Below, piece by piece: positions 10,872 through 19,655 of a stretch of 64,000 nucleotides of DNA; positions within the stretch are counted from its first letter, which is position 1; each line of letters begins with the position of its first letter. Location: contig UYFQ01000004.1 in the NCBI GenBank assembly GCA_900617105.1, positions 248,001 to 312,000 on the forward strand, in the 5' to 3' direction. Origin of the DNA: Hydrurus foetidus. Its lineage: Eukaryota. Below the pieces are notes generated by a model that worked only from the letters and a program-made list of their open reading frames with translations, was not told the DNA's origin and made no database searches. The position numbers were made by a program, and so were the translations under genes.

Positions 10872-13835
10872 ATGAAAACATTGATCATTGCAGAGAAGCC
10901 TTCAGTGGCTCAAGACATCGTTAAAGCTTTGACCGCCACGGCGGGCAAGTTTGAGAAGCACGATGAACATTTCGAGAACGACCTGTACGTCGTCAGCAGC
11001 GCGGTGGGCCACTTGGTGGAAATCCAGGCGCCGGAAGAGTTCGACGTGAAGCGCGGCAAATGGAGTTTTGCCAACCTGCCCGTCATTCCGCCCTACTTTG
11101 ACCTGAAACCTGTCGATAAAACCAAGACCCGGCTGAACGCCGTTGTCAAACTCGCCAAGCGCAAAGACGTGGGCGACCTCATCAACGCCTGTGACGCGGG
11201 CCGCGAAGGCGAGCTGATCTTCCGCCTGATTGAGCAGTACGCCGGTGGCACCAAGCCCCTCGCCAAACCTGTGCGCCGCCTCTGGCTGCAAAGCATGACC
11301 CCGCAGGCCATCCGCGACGGCTTCAACAACCTGCGCTCGGAGAAACAAATGCAGGGCTTGGCCGATGCCGCCCGCAGCCGCTCCGAGGCGGATTGGCTGG
11401 TCGGCATCAACGGCACCCGCGCCATGACGGCCTTCAACTCGCGTGATGGCGGCTTCTTCTTGACCACCGTGGGCCGCGTGCAAACGCCCACGCTGTCGGT
11501 GGTGGTGGAGCGTGAAGACGCGATTCGCAAATTCGTCTCGCGCAACTACTGGGAAATTCACGCCACGTTTGGTGCACAGGCGGGCGACTACCCCGGCAAA
11601 TGGTTTGACCCGAAGTGGAAAAAGGACGCTGAAGACGCTGAAAAGCGTGCCGACCGCGTGTGGACGCAAGCCGAGGCCATCGCCATCGCCAACGCCGTGC
11701 GCGGCCAGCCCGCCACCGTCACCGAAGAATCCAAACCCACCTCGCAATCGTCACCCCTGCTGTTCGATTTGACCAGCCTGCAACGCGAAGCGAACGGCAA
11801 ATTTGGCTTCTCCGCCAAAACCACGCTGTCCATCGCCCAAAGCCTGTACGAACGCCACAAAGCCCTGACCTACCCGCGTACCGATTCCCGCGCCCTGCCC
11901 GAGGACTACCTGCCTACCGTGCGCAGCACCTTCGAGATGCTGGCCAGCAGCGGCATGCGCCACCTGGAGCCGCACGCCAAGACCGCGCTCAAAGAGGGCT
12001 ACATCCGCCCCAGCAAGCGCATCTTCGACAACGCCAAGGTCAGCGATCACTTTGCCATCATCCCCACACTGCAAGCGCCGAGTGCGCTATCGGAAGCGGA
12101 GCAAAAGGTGTATGACCTGGTGGTGCGCCGCTTCATGGCGGTGTTCTTCCCCAGTGCGGAATACATGGTCACCACCCGTATTTCAACCGTCGCCCCCCAC
12201 AGCTTCAAAACCGAGGGGAAAGTCCTCGTCAAACCCGGCTGGCTCGCCATCTACGGCAAAGAAGCCGCCGAAGAAACCGCCGATGCCAAAGACGGTGACA
12301 AAGGCCAAAACCTCGTCCCCGTGCAGCCCGGTGAAAAGCCCCGCACCAGCACCGCAGACCCCAAAGCCCTGAAAACCCGCCCCCCCGCCCGCTACAACGA
12401 AGCGACGCTGCTGGGTGCGATGGAAGGCGCGGGCAAGATGGTGGACGATGAAGAGCTGCGCCACGCCATGCAAGAAAAAGGCTTGGGCACGCCAGCCACC
12501 CGCTCCAGCATCATTGAAGGCCTCATTAATGAGAAGTACATGCTGCGCGATGGCCGCGACCTGATCGCTACCGCCAAAGCCTCTCAACTGATGACGCTGC
12601 TGCGTGGCCTGGGCGTGGAAGAGCTTTCCAAGCCCGAGTTGACCGGCGAATGGGAGTACAAACTCTCGCTGATGGAGCAAGGCAAGCTTAGCCGTGAAAG
12701 CTTCATGGGCGAGATCGCCGCGATGACGACCCACATCGTCAAAAAAGCCAAAGAATACGACCGCGAAACCATCCCCGGCGACTACGCCACCCTCACAGCA
12801 CCCTGCCCCAACTGCGGCGGCGTGGTGCGCGAGAACTACCGCCGCTACACCTGCTTAGGGGCCGACGGGCATTCCGACGGTTGCGGCTTCTCGTTTGGCA
12901 AATCCCCCGCAGGCCGCACTTTTGAGCTGGCCGAAGTCGAGCAATTCCTGGCCGACCGCAAAATCGGCCCGCTGGACGGCTTCCGCTCCAAAGCCGGTTG
13001 GCCCTTCACCGCCGAGATGAAAATCGTCTTCGACGAAGAAACCAAAAACCACAAGCTGGAATTCGACTTCGGCGACGACAAAGGCGCCGAAGAATCCGGT
13101 GAACTGGTGGACTTTGCGGCCCAGGAATCCTTAGGCGCGTGCCCCAAATGTGGAGGCTCGGTGTTTGAGCACGGCGCGAACTACGTCTGCGACAAATCCG
13201 TCCCCACGATGGCCCAAGCCGCCCCCAGCTGCGACTTCAAAACCGGCAAAATTATTCTGCAACAGCCCGTGGAACGCGCCCAGGTCGTGAAACTGTTGAC
13301 CGTAGGCAAAACCGATTTGCTCGACAAATTCGTCAGCATGCGCACCCGCCGCGCCTTCAAAGCGCATTTGGCGTGGGACAAAGAAGCGGGCAAGGTCAAC
13401 TTCGAGTTCGCACCGTCCAAATTCCCACCGCGCAAGACGGCGGCAGGCAACGCAGCCGCTACCAAAACAGGAGCTGGTACAGCACGTTCTACAAGCGCTA
13501 CAGCCCAAAAAGCCGTTAAAAAAGCCTCCAAAGTGGCCAGCAAAACCACCGCCAAGCCCGCAGCGAAAGCCGCCGTCAAAACCGTTCGTAAAGCGCCTGC
13601 ACCCGGCACCGGTGGCACCACCCCCAGCGCCGCATTGGGTGCCGTCATCGGCAACGAACCGGTAGCCCGCGCACAGGTCATCAAAAAACTGTGGGACTAC
13701 ATCAAAGCCAACAACCTGCAAGACACCACCAACAAACGCGCCATCAACGCGGATGCCAAACTGCTGGCGGTGTTCGGCAAAGAACAGGTCACGATGTTTG
13801 AGCTGGCGGGGATTGTGGGCAAGCATTTGGTGTGA
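10872..13835 (+). CDS. topB: DNA topoisomerase III with C-terminal Lys/Ala-rich linker and SWIB/MDM2 domain
   Basis: Toprim IAEKPS/DAGREGE, catalytic TYPRTD, Cys motifs, C-terminal VIKKLWDYIKANNLQD (SWIB). Confidence 0.95.
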   Translation: MKTLIIAEKPSVAQDIVKALTATAGKFEKHDEHFENDLYVVSSAVGHLVEIQAPEEFDVKRGKWSFANLPVIPPYFDLKPVDKTKTRLNAVVKLAKRKDVGDLINACDAGREGELIFRLIEQYAGGTKPLAKPVRRLWLQSMTPQAIRDGFNNLRSEKQMQGLADAARSRSEADWLVGINGTRAMTAFNSRDGGFFLTTVGRVQTPTLSVVVEREDAIRKFVSRNYWEIHATFGAQAGDYPGKWFDPKWKKDAEDAEKRADRVWTQAEAIAIANAVRGQPATVTEESKPTSQSSPLLFDLTSLQREANGKFGFSAKTTLSIAQSLYERHKALTYPRTDSRALPEDYLPTVRSTFEMLASSGMRHLEPHAKTALKEGYIRPSKRIFDNAKVSDHFAIIPTLQAPSALSEAEQKVYDLVVRRFMAVFFPSAEYMVTTRISTVAPHSFKTEGKVLVKPGWLAIYGKEAAEETADAKDGDKGQNLVPVQPGEKPRTSTADPKALKTRPPARYNEATLLGAMEGAGKMVDDEELRHAMQEKGLGTPATRSSIIEGLINEKYMLRDGRDLIATAKASQLMTLLRGLGVEELSKPELTGEWEYKLSLMEQGKLSRESFMGEIAAMTTHIVKKAKEYDRETIPGDYATLTAPCPNCGGVVRENYRRYTCLGADGHSDGCGFSFGKSPAGRTFELAEVEQFLADRKIGPLDGFRSKAGWPFTAEMKIVFDEETKNHKLEFDFGDDKGAEESGELVDFAAQESLGACPKCGGSVFEHGANYVCDKSVPTMAQAAPSCDFKTGKIILQQPVERAQVVKLLTVGKTDLLDKFVSMRTRRAFKAHLAWDKEAGKVNFEFAPSKFPPRKTAAGNAAATKTGAGTARSTSATAQKAVKKASKVASKTTAKPAAKAAVKTVRKAPAPGTGGTTPSAALGAVIGNEPVARAQVIKKLWDYIKANNLQDTTNKRAINADAKLLAVFGKEQVTMFELAGIVGKHLV
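13458..13505 (+). repeat. Dispersed ~48-bp motif copy (in topB)
   Basis: GCTACCAAAACAGGAGC-TGGTACAGCA-CGTTCTACAA-GCGCTACAGC-C. Confidence 0.75.
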
Positions 13836-13859
13836 GTCATTTGATATGAACATTGCGCC

Positions 13860-14399
13860 ATGACCACAGCCCTCCTCATCATCGACGTCCAACAAGGCCT
13901 GTGCGAGGGCGAGCAGGCGGCGTTTGAGTCGCCGTTGGTCATCGCACGCATCAACGAAGTCGCCGCCAAAGCGCGTGCGGCAGGTGTGCTGGTCGCCTTC
14001 ATTCAGCATGAATCCGGCCCTGGCTACCTGGAATTCGGCACGGAGGCCTGGAAGCTGGCACAGGGGCTTCACGCGGAATCCACCGATGTGCGGGTGCGCA
14101 AAACCACGCCGGATTCGTTTCACCGCACGGTGTTGGGCGAGCTGCTGACACAGCACACCGTCACGGAACTGGTGGTCTGCGGGATGCACACGGAGTTTTG
14201 CGTGGACACCACCACCCGACGGGCGCTGGCTCTGGGTTATCCGGTGGTACTGGTGGCAAACGGGCATACCTCGGCGGGTAACGCCGTGCTGTCTGCATCG
14301 CAGGTCATTGCGCACCACAACGCCACGCTGACGAACATCAGCAGCTTTGGGCCGCGTGTGCGGGCAATTGCGGCGAAAGATGTGCGTTTTAAGGCTTAG
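13860..14399 (+). CDS. Isochorismatase-like cysteine hydrolase
   Basis: ALLIIDVQ, K in RKTTPDSF, GMHTEFCVDTT (D-K-C triad). Confidence 0.9.
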   Translation: MTTALLIIDVQQGLCEGEQAAFESPLVIARINEVAAKARAAGVLVAFIQHESGPGYLEFGTEAWKLAQGLHAESTDVRVRKTTPDSFHRTVLGELLTQHTVTELVVCGMHTEFCVDTTTRRALALGYPVVLVANGHTSAGNAVLSASQVIAHHNATLTNISSFGPRVRAIAAKDVRFKA

Positions 14400-14420
14400 C
14401 CCACAAGGGCCGGTCGCGCG

Positions 14421-15692
14421 TCACAGCAACCCCAAGGGCACCGCCCACAGCCCATCCCCAAACGGCAAGGGGTACTCCCCGTCATAGAGCACGATACCGG
14501 TCACAAACGAGCTGCCTGCCAGCAGTTGCAAGCGGCGCATGCCTTTGAAATCGGTGGCTTGCACGGTGGCGGAAGCCTTCACTTCAACGCCGATGATCTG
14601 CCCAGTGGCGCTTTCCAGCACAAAGTCCACCTCGACTTGGTCTTTGTCGCGAAAGTGGTGAATCACCCACCCCTCGTTGGCGGCGGATTCGGGGGCGGTG
14701 CAGAGTTTGAGCAATTCCCCGTAGACCCAGGTTTCCAAGACAGGGCCAAAACTGGTTTTGTCCGCCATAACGCGCGTGCTTGTCAGTCGCAACAAGCTGG
14801 AGGCCAGCCCGGCATCTAAAAAATGCAGTTTGGGGGTTTTAATAAGCCGCCCCAGTGTGTTGCGCCCCCAGGGAGGCACGCGCTGCACCAGGTAAATTTG
14901 CTCCAGCAAGCCAATGTACTTTTGCGTCGTTTTGCTGTCCAGCCCCAGCTGTGCGCCGATTTGGGTGAAGTTGGTCAACTGCCCCACCGTGTGGGCCAGC
15001 ACAGCGAGCAAACGCGGTATGGATTCGAGCTTGCTGGCATCGGCAAAATCACGCAAATCACGCTGTACCAGGGCTTTCAAATAGGCATTGGCCCATGCCA
15101 GCCGCCGCGCTGGATCAGGGCGCTGGCGCATTTCGGGATAACCACCGGTCAACACATGCTCGACCATCGCAGCCCCCCTGCGCAGATTCACTCCCGACGC
15201 AGGGAGCGTGCGCCATTGCTGGTGCAGGGCTTGGTCTAAAAAATCGCCATCGCGCCGTGCCAGTTCGGCTTGTGAGAGCGGCAGTAACGTCAACACCTCC
15301 ATGCGCCCGGCCAAGCTTTCAGACACTGTGGGCAGGGTCAGCAGGTTAGCGGAACCGGTCAGCACGAAGCGTCCTGGGCGGCGGTCGTTGTCAATCGACA
15401 ATTTGAGTGCACGCAACAACTGTGGCGCTCGCTGCACCTCATCAATCACCGCTGTGGTGTCCGGGCTGAGTTGCCGCACAAACCCTATCGGATCAGCCTG
15501 AACCGATGCCAGCAAACCTGCGTCGTCCAACGAGTAGTAAGCCGCCTCTGGGGTTTGCTGGCGCACCAACGTGGTTTTGCCGCACTGCCGAGGGCCATTC
15601 ACCAGCACGACAGGGGTGTCCGTCATGGCCACGCGCAGGCGGGTGGTGAGATGGCGAGAGAACAGTGGCGGGGGGGAGTTTTCTGAAATCAC
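14421..15692 (-). CDS. AAA+ ATPase (AAA_14) with DUF4143 / PD-(D/E)xK-like C-terminus; start uncertain
   Basis: GPRQCGKTT, VIDEVQ, LTGS, GGYPE, KLHFLDAG, EVDFV...GVEVK; GTG at 15692 chosen because the longer ORF reads through the repeat array. Confidence 0.85.
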   Translation of the reverse strand: MISENSPPPLFSRHLTTRLRVAMTDTPVVLVNGPRQCGKTTLVRQQTPEAAYYSLDDAGLLASVQADPIGFVRQLSPDTTAVIDEVQRAPQLLRALKLSIDNDRRPGRFVLTGSANLLTLPTVSESLAGRMEVLTLLPLSQAELARRDGDFLDQALHQQWRTLPASGVNLRRGAAMVEHVLTGGYPEMRQRPDPARRLAWANAYLKALVQRDLRDFADASKLESIPRLLAVLAHTVGQLTNFTQIGAQLGLDSKTTQKYIGLLEQIYLVQRVPPWGRNTLGRLIKTPKLHFLDAGLASSLLRLTSTRVMADKTSFGPVLETWVYGELLKLCTAPESAANEGWVIHHFRDKDQVEVDFVLESATGQIIGVEVKASATVQATDFKGMRRLQLLAGSSFVTGIVLYDGEYPLPFGDGLWAVPLGLL

Positions 15693-15697
15693 ACAAG

Positions 15698-15806
15698 CGT
15701 CCAATCTGGATTTTATTATCGTCCAATCTGGAATTTTGTATCGGCTGTTATAGATTTTATTATCGGCCAATATGGAAAAATCAATCGGCCAATCTGGATT
15801 TCACCC
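15698..15806. repeat. Five tandem imperfect 22-bp direct repeats
   Basis: Units start at 15698, 15720, 15742, 15764, 15786; consensus CGKCCAATCTGGAWTTTWTTAT. Confidence 0.9.
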
Positions 15807-16217
15807 CTCGTGCTGCTCCCCGTCGATGTACAGCCAGTGCCCCTCAATCCGCACAAACCGGCTGGTTTCGTGGATGCGTTTGGCTTTACCGTTGACCTTG
15901 TAGCGGGCGATGAACTCGACCACACCCGCGTCGCCTGCGGCTTGCGCGTGGCGCACCTCCAGCCCCAACCATTTCAGGGGTGAAAGCTCCAAATCGCCGG
16001 GTGCGCTGGACGGGTGCCAGGTGGCCAGCAGGTAGTCCAGCAGGCCCAGCACGTAGGCGCTGTAGCGCGAACGCATCAGCGCTTCGGGCGTGGGGGCGAA
16101 GGTTTGGGTGGCTGGGTCGTGGGTCATGCCTTGGTGCCACAGGCCGCAGCAAGCCACATACGTCAGGCTACTGTCGCAGGGGCACGGGGCGTGGGCGGAG
16201 AGGGTGGGTTTCTTCAT
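15801..16217 (-). CDS. ychJ: YchJ family protein (SEC-C + NTF2-like)
   Basis: CPCDS...CC, ALMRSRYSAY, HETSRF...WLYIDG. Confidence 0.9.
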   Translation of the reverse strand: MKKPTLSAHAPCPCDSSLTYVACCGLWHQGMTHDPATQTFAPTPEALMRSRYSAYVLGLLDYLLATWHPSSAPGDLELSPLKWLGLEVRHAQAAGDAGVVEFIARYKVNGKAKRIHETSRFVRIEGHWLYIDGEQHEG

Positions 16218-16237
16218 GCAGGCATGGTAGCTGCCCC

Positions 16238-17143
16238 TCAAGCCGCCCGGCTTGAGGCCACCACGATGCCGCCCACAATCAACACAAACGCCACGGCGTG
16301 AAAGAGCTGGGGCATTTCGCCCAAAAAGGCTGCCGACATCACCGCAGCAAACAGCGGCGTCAAATTAGAGAAAAACCCCGCCACCGCTGGCCCTACCCGT
16401 TGCACACCCATGCCCCAGCAGCGAAAAGCCAGAATCGCAGGGCCAAGTGCCACAAACAGCAAAGCCGCCGCCACCGGCCACCCCCAGACGATATGCGCAT
16501 CGCTCAGCGCCCATTCGCCCCCAGCGAACGCAGCAGACCAACCCAGCCCAAAGACAATCTGCGCCATCAAAAATGCGGCCCAATCGCCACGGATGATGGG
16601 TGGGTCTACCGGGCGACTCAGCAACCAGCTGTAGTAGGCCCAAGCCAAGGTGGCCAGCAGCACGTAAACGTCACCGAGCACCAGATGAAATTTCAGCAGC
16701 AAATCCCACTGCCCTCGGCACAGTACCAGCAGCACACCGGCAATCGACAGCATCGCGCCTGCGGCTTGACGGGCCGTCACAGCCTGACCAAACGACAGCC
16801 GCCCCACGATCAGCATGAAAATCGGCATGATGGACGCCACCAGCGTCACGTTGATGGGCGTGGAGGTCTTGAGCGCGAGGTACTGCAACGCGTTGTAGCA
16901 GCCCACCCCCAGCAGCCCCAACAAACCATAGCGTCGCCAGTGCGCCCACAGCACGCTACGGGGGCGCAACACGCCAAAGGCAAAGGGCAGCAACAGCACA
17001 AAAGCCAGCGCCCAACGCAAAAAATTCAGCGTGATGGGTGGCACCAAGCCATTGACCAAACGGCCCACCACGGCATTGCCCGCCCAAAGCAGCGGCGGAA
17101 TCACCAGCAGGGCGATGGAAGAAGGTGTCAAGCGTTGGTTCAT
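16238..17143 (-). CDS. DMT/EamA family transporter
   Basis: About 10 TM helices, WAGNAVVGR, two EamA repeats. Confidence 0.9.
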   Translation of the reverse strand: MNQRLTPSSIALLVIPPLLWAGNAVVGRLVNGLVPPITLNFLRWALAFVLLLPFAFGVLRPRSVLWAHWRRYGLLGLLGVGCYNALQYLALKTSTPINVTLVASIMPIFMLIVGRLSFGQAVTARQAAGAMLSIAGVLLVLCRGQWDLLLKFHLVLGDVYVLLATLAWAYYSWLLSRPVDPPIIRGDWAAFLMAQIVFGLGWSAAFAGGEWALSDAHIVWGWPVAAALLFVALGPAILAFRCWGMGVQRVGPAVAGFFSNLTPLFAAVMSAAFLGEMPQLFHAVAFVLIVGGIVVASSRAA

Positions 17144-17182
17144 GGCGGTGACTGTACCAAGCAGGTACAGTCACCGCCATGA
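17140..17182. repeat. Perfect 19-bp inverted repeat containing two divergent ATGs
   Basis: TCATGGCGGTGACTGTACC-AAGCA-GGTACAGTCACCGCCATGA. Confidence 0.95.
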
Positions 17183-17490
17183 CCCCTGCCATGCGCGCCC
17201 ACACCAAGCAACGCCTCGCCGAGCGCTATGGGCTGGACGTGTCCAGCGCCGAGCTGTTCCAACTCGCCAAGCAGATCGCTCACGGGCGGGCACGGCTGCT
17301 GTCACGCCAAAGCAAAACGGTGGCGCTGTGGGAGCTGGACTGCCAGGGCAAAGCCATCCGCTTCGTGTTCGACAGCCAGTGCCGAGGCCTGCTGACCGCC
17401 CTGCCCCCGCACGACAGCGCCGATTACCTGGCCACCCACCAGAGCCACACAGCCCAACGCGCCACTACACTGCCACCCCATGAAAAGTAA
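17179..17490 (+). CDS. Hypothetical protein, possible RelE/DUF4258-like small RNase fold
   Basis: HTKQRLAERYG N-terminal helix, beta-rich C-terminal half ending in LLTALP; overlaps yciH. Confidence 0.55.
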   Translation: MTPAMRAHTKQRLAERYGLDVSSAELFQLAKQIAHGRARLLSRQSKTVALWELDCQGKAIRFVFDSQCRGLLTALPPHDSADYLATHQSHTAQRATTLPPHEK

Positions 17491-17842
17491 ATCTGCAACC
17501 GGAGGCCTCGTCTACTCCACCGAAACAGGCCGCATGTGCCCCGACTGCCGCCACCCCATCAATCAATGCATCTGCAAGCAAAACCTGCCACTGCCCAAAA
17601 CCGACGGCATCGTGCGCGTATCGCGCGAAACCAAGGGTCGGGCAGGCAAAGGCGTGACGTTGGTCAAAGGGCTGCCCCTGGACGCGGCGGCGCTCACAGC
17701 CTTGGGCAAGACGCTGAAAGCCGTGTGCGGCGCAGGCGGCACGGTGAAAGACGGTGTGATCGAGGTGCAGGGCGACCACTGCGTGCTGGTGGTGGATACG
17801 CTCAAAAAGCAGGGTTGGAACGTCAAGCGGGCGGGGGGGTAA
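17480..17842 (+). CDS. yciH: Translation initiation factor SUI1 homolog
   Basis: LVYST, RETKGRAGKGVT, GGTVKDGVIEVQGDH. Confidence 0.92.
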   Translation: MKSKSATGGLVYSTETGRMCPDCRHPINQCICKQNLPLPKTDGIVRVSRETKGRAGKGVTLVKGLPLDAAALTALGKTLKAVCGAGGTVKDGVIEVQGDHCVLVVDTLKKQGWNVKRAGG

Positions 17843-17859
17843 GCCCGCACAACCTGGCG

Positions 17860-19416
17860 CTACAGCACCGGCGCAGGCAGCGCCCCCAGCAACGCCTCCA
17901 ACGCCAACCCAATGGCCAAGAGCCGCGCATCGCTGCCCAGCGGCCCGTCAATCTCCAGCCCCACGGGCAAGCCGCCCTTGGTCATGCCAGCGGGCAATGC
18001 AAGGCCTGGAATACCGGCATTGCTGCCCGGATCGGTGTTACGGATGTAGGTGCCAAACTGCGCGTTCGGCCCACCGGGTTGCGCCACACCGTTGATACTG
18101 ACTGCTCCTGAAAAAGTAGCATCAATCGCCACAGCTGCCAGCGGTGTAGTCGGAAAAAGCACAGCATCGACGTTGTTCGCAGCGAAGTAATCGGCATACA
18201 GCTTTTGCAACGCCGGGCGGTGGATGGTGATGGCCGCGTCGTACACGGCTTTGGGGAAAGTTTTGGCGGCACCGAAAGCGCCTTGCACGTCGGGGCTTTT
18301 GATTTGGGCTGCAAGCTGGTCGATGGTGATGGCAGCACCTTCTGTCAGCAGGTACTGGGGTAAATCGACATAGGTTTCAAAGAGCGCCACGGGGAAAGAG
18401 ATGTTGTCGTTCAGTGCGCCAATGCCCACCAGATCGGCCTCAACGAACACCACCCCGGCATCTTTCAAGCGCTGCACCACAGCGCTCAGCAGGGTGGCCA
18501 GTTCGGTGTCCAGGTTGTCCCAGAAATACGCCTTGGGCAGACCGATGCGCAGACCTTTCAGCGTGGCAGCCACAGGCAGCGGCGTGCCTGCGATCACCGA
18601 ATCCAGCAAAGCGACATCAGCGACGGTGCGGGCCATCGCACCCACCGTGTCACGGGTATGTGAAATCGGGATCACGCCACTGCCTTTGTAGCGCCGTGCT
18701 GTGCCACCATTGCCTACAGAGGGCCGCATCCCCACCGTTCCGCACAGGGCTGAAGGCACACGGGTAGAGCCCCCTGTGTCGGTGCCCAGGCCCGCTGGTG
18801 CGATGCGTGCCGCAATACCCGCTGCGGTACCCCCCGAAGAACCACCAGGGATGCGGGTCTGGTCGTAAGGGTTTTTGACGAAAGCGGTGGCTGCATTGCT
18901 GCTGGTGATGCCAAAAGCCAACTCGTGCATATTGGTTTTGGCAAGCACGATGGCCCCAGCGTCCAGCAAAGCTTGCAGGACTGGCGCGTTGGCTTTGGGT
19001 CGGAAGGTTTTGAGGGCTGGCGTACCGCCTGAGGTGGGCAGGTCTTGCGTGTTGATGTTGTCTTTCACCAGTATCGGCAACCCGGCCAGTGCGGGCAGCG
19101 CTTGACCGCTGAGCCGTTTCGCGTCTATCGCTTTGGCAGCAGCCAGCGCACCGGCTTCGTTCAGGGTAATGACGGTGTTCAACCCCGAGAGCAGCTTGGC
19201 GCGGGCCAGCAAGGTGGTGACGTAAGCCTCTGCAGTCAGGCTGCCACTTTTAATGGCTGCGACGGCGCCTGTTGCAGTAAGAGCGAGCTGCTGGCTGGGG
19301 TTGAGCTGTTCGACACCGCTACCACCGCAAGCGGGCAAGGTCAGGGGAACGGCCAGCGCGGCAGCGCTTTGGATGAGGGTGCGGCGGCTCATGGATGCAG
19401 TGAAAGAGGGGGTCAT
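17860..19416 (-). CDS. Amidase-signature hydrolase (indoleacetamide/mandelamide hydrolase-like), Tat lipoprotein
   Basis: KDNI, GGSSGG, GTDTGGSTRVPS; SRRTLI twin-arginine motif and LPAC lipobox. Confidence 0.88.
   Translation of the reverse strand: MTPSFTASMSRRTLIQSAAALAVPLTLPACGGSGVEQLNPSQQLALTATGAVAAIKSGSLTAEAYVTTLLARAKLLSGLNTVITLNEAGALAAAKAIDAKRLSGQALPALAGLPILVKDNINTQDLPTSGGTPALKTFRPKANAPVLQALLDAGAIVLAKTNMHELAFGITSSNAATAFVKNPYDQTRIPGGSSGGTAAGIAARIAPAGLGTDTGGSTRVPSALCGTVGMRPSVGNGGTARRYKGSGVIPISHTRDTVGAMARTVADVALLDSVIAGTPLPVAATLKGLRIGLPKAYFWDNLDTELATLLSAVVQRLKDAGVVFVEADLVGIGALNDNISFPVALFETYVDLPQYLLTEGAAITIDQLAAQIKSPDVQGAFGAAKTFPKAVYDAAITIHRPALQKLYADYFAANNVDAVLFPTTPLAAVAIDATFSGAVSINGVAQPGGPNAQFGTYIRNTDPGSNAGIPGLALPAGMTKGGLPVGLEIDGPLGSDARLLAIGLALEALLGALPAPVL
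18104..18151 (+). repeat. Dispersed ~48-bp motif copy (in amidase)
   Basis: GCTCCTGAAAAAGTAGC-ATCAATCGCC-ACAGCTGCCA-GCGGTGTAGT-C. Confidence 0.65.
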
Positions 19417-19655
19417 GGCAAAGGTCTCCTATAGGTTGAATACAGCAGCGGCCAAAGGCTGGCCGCGCTTGTTCATCGTAGAGAGGAGGGTGCGTTTTCG
19501 CATCGCCAACATTAGCATTTCGACGCGCCCCAAAGTAGCTAAAAATAGCGATTGCACAAGGAAGGTGACACGGCCAAAATCGCAGGCGCGAGGCGCTGAA
19601 ATTCAGCCCACAATTCTGTTCAAAATTCCACCTTGAATGTCGTCTTCAGTCCCAC

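Noticed and set aside
15698..15806. CRISPR array
   Set aside because: Repeats are contiguous with no unique spacers, and there are no cas genes.
17152..17170. LexA box within the palindrome (CTGT...ACAG)
   Set aside because: The spacer is 11 nt, not 8.
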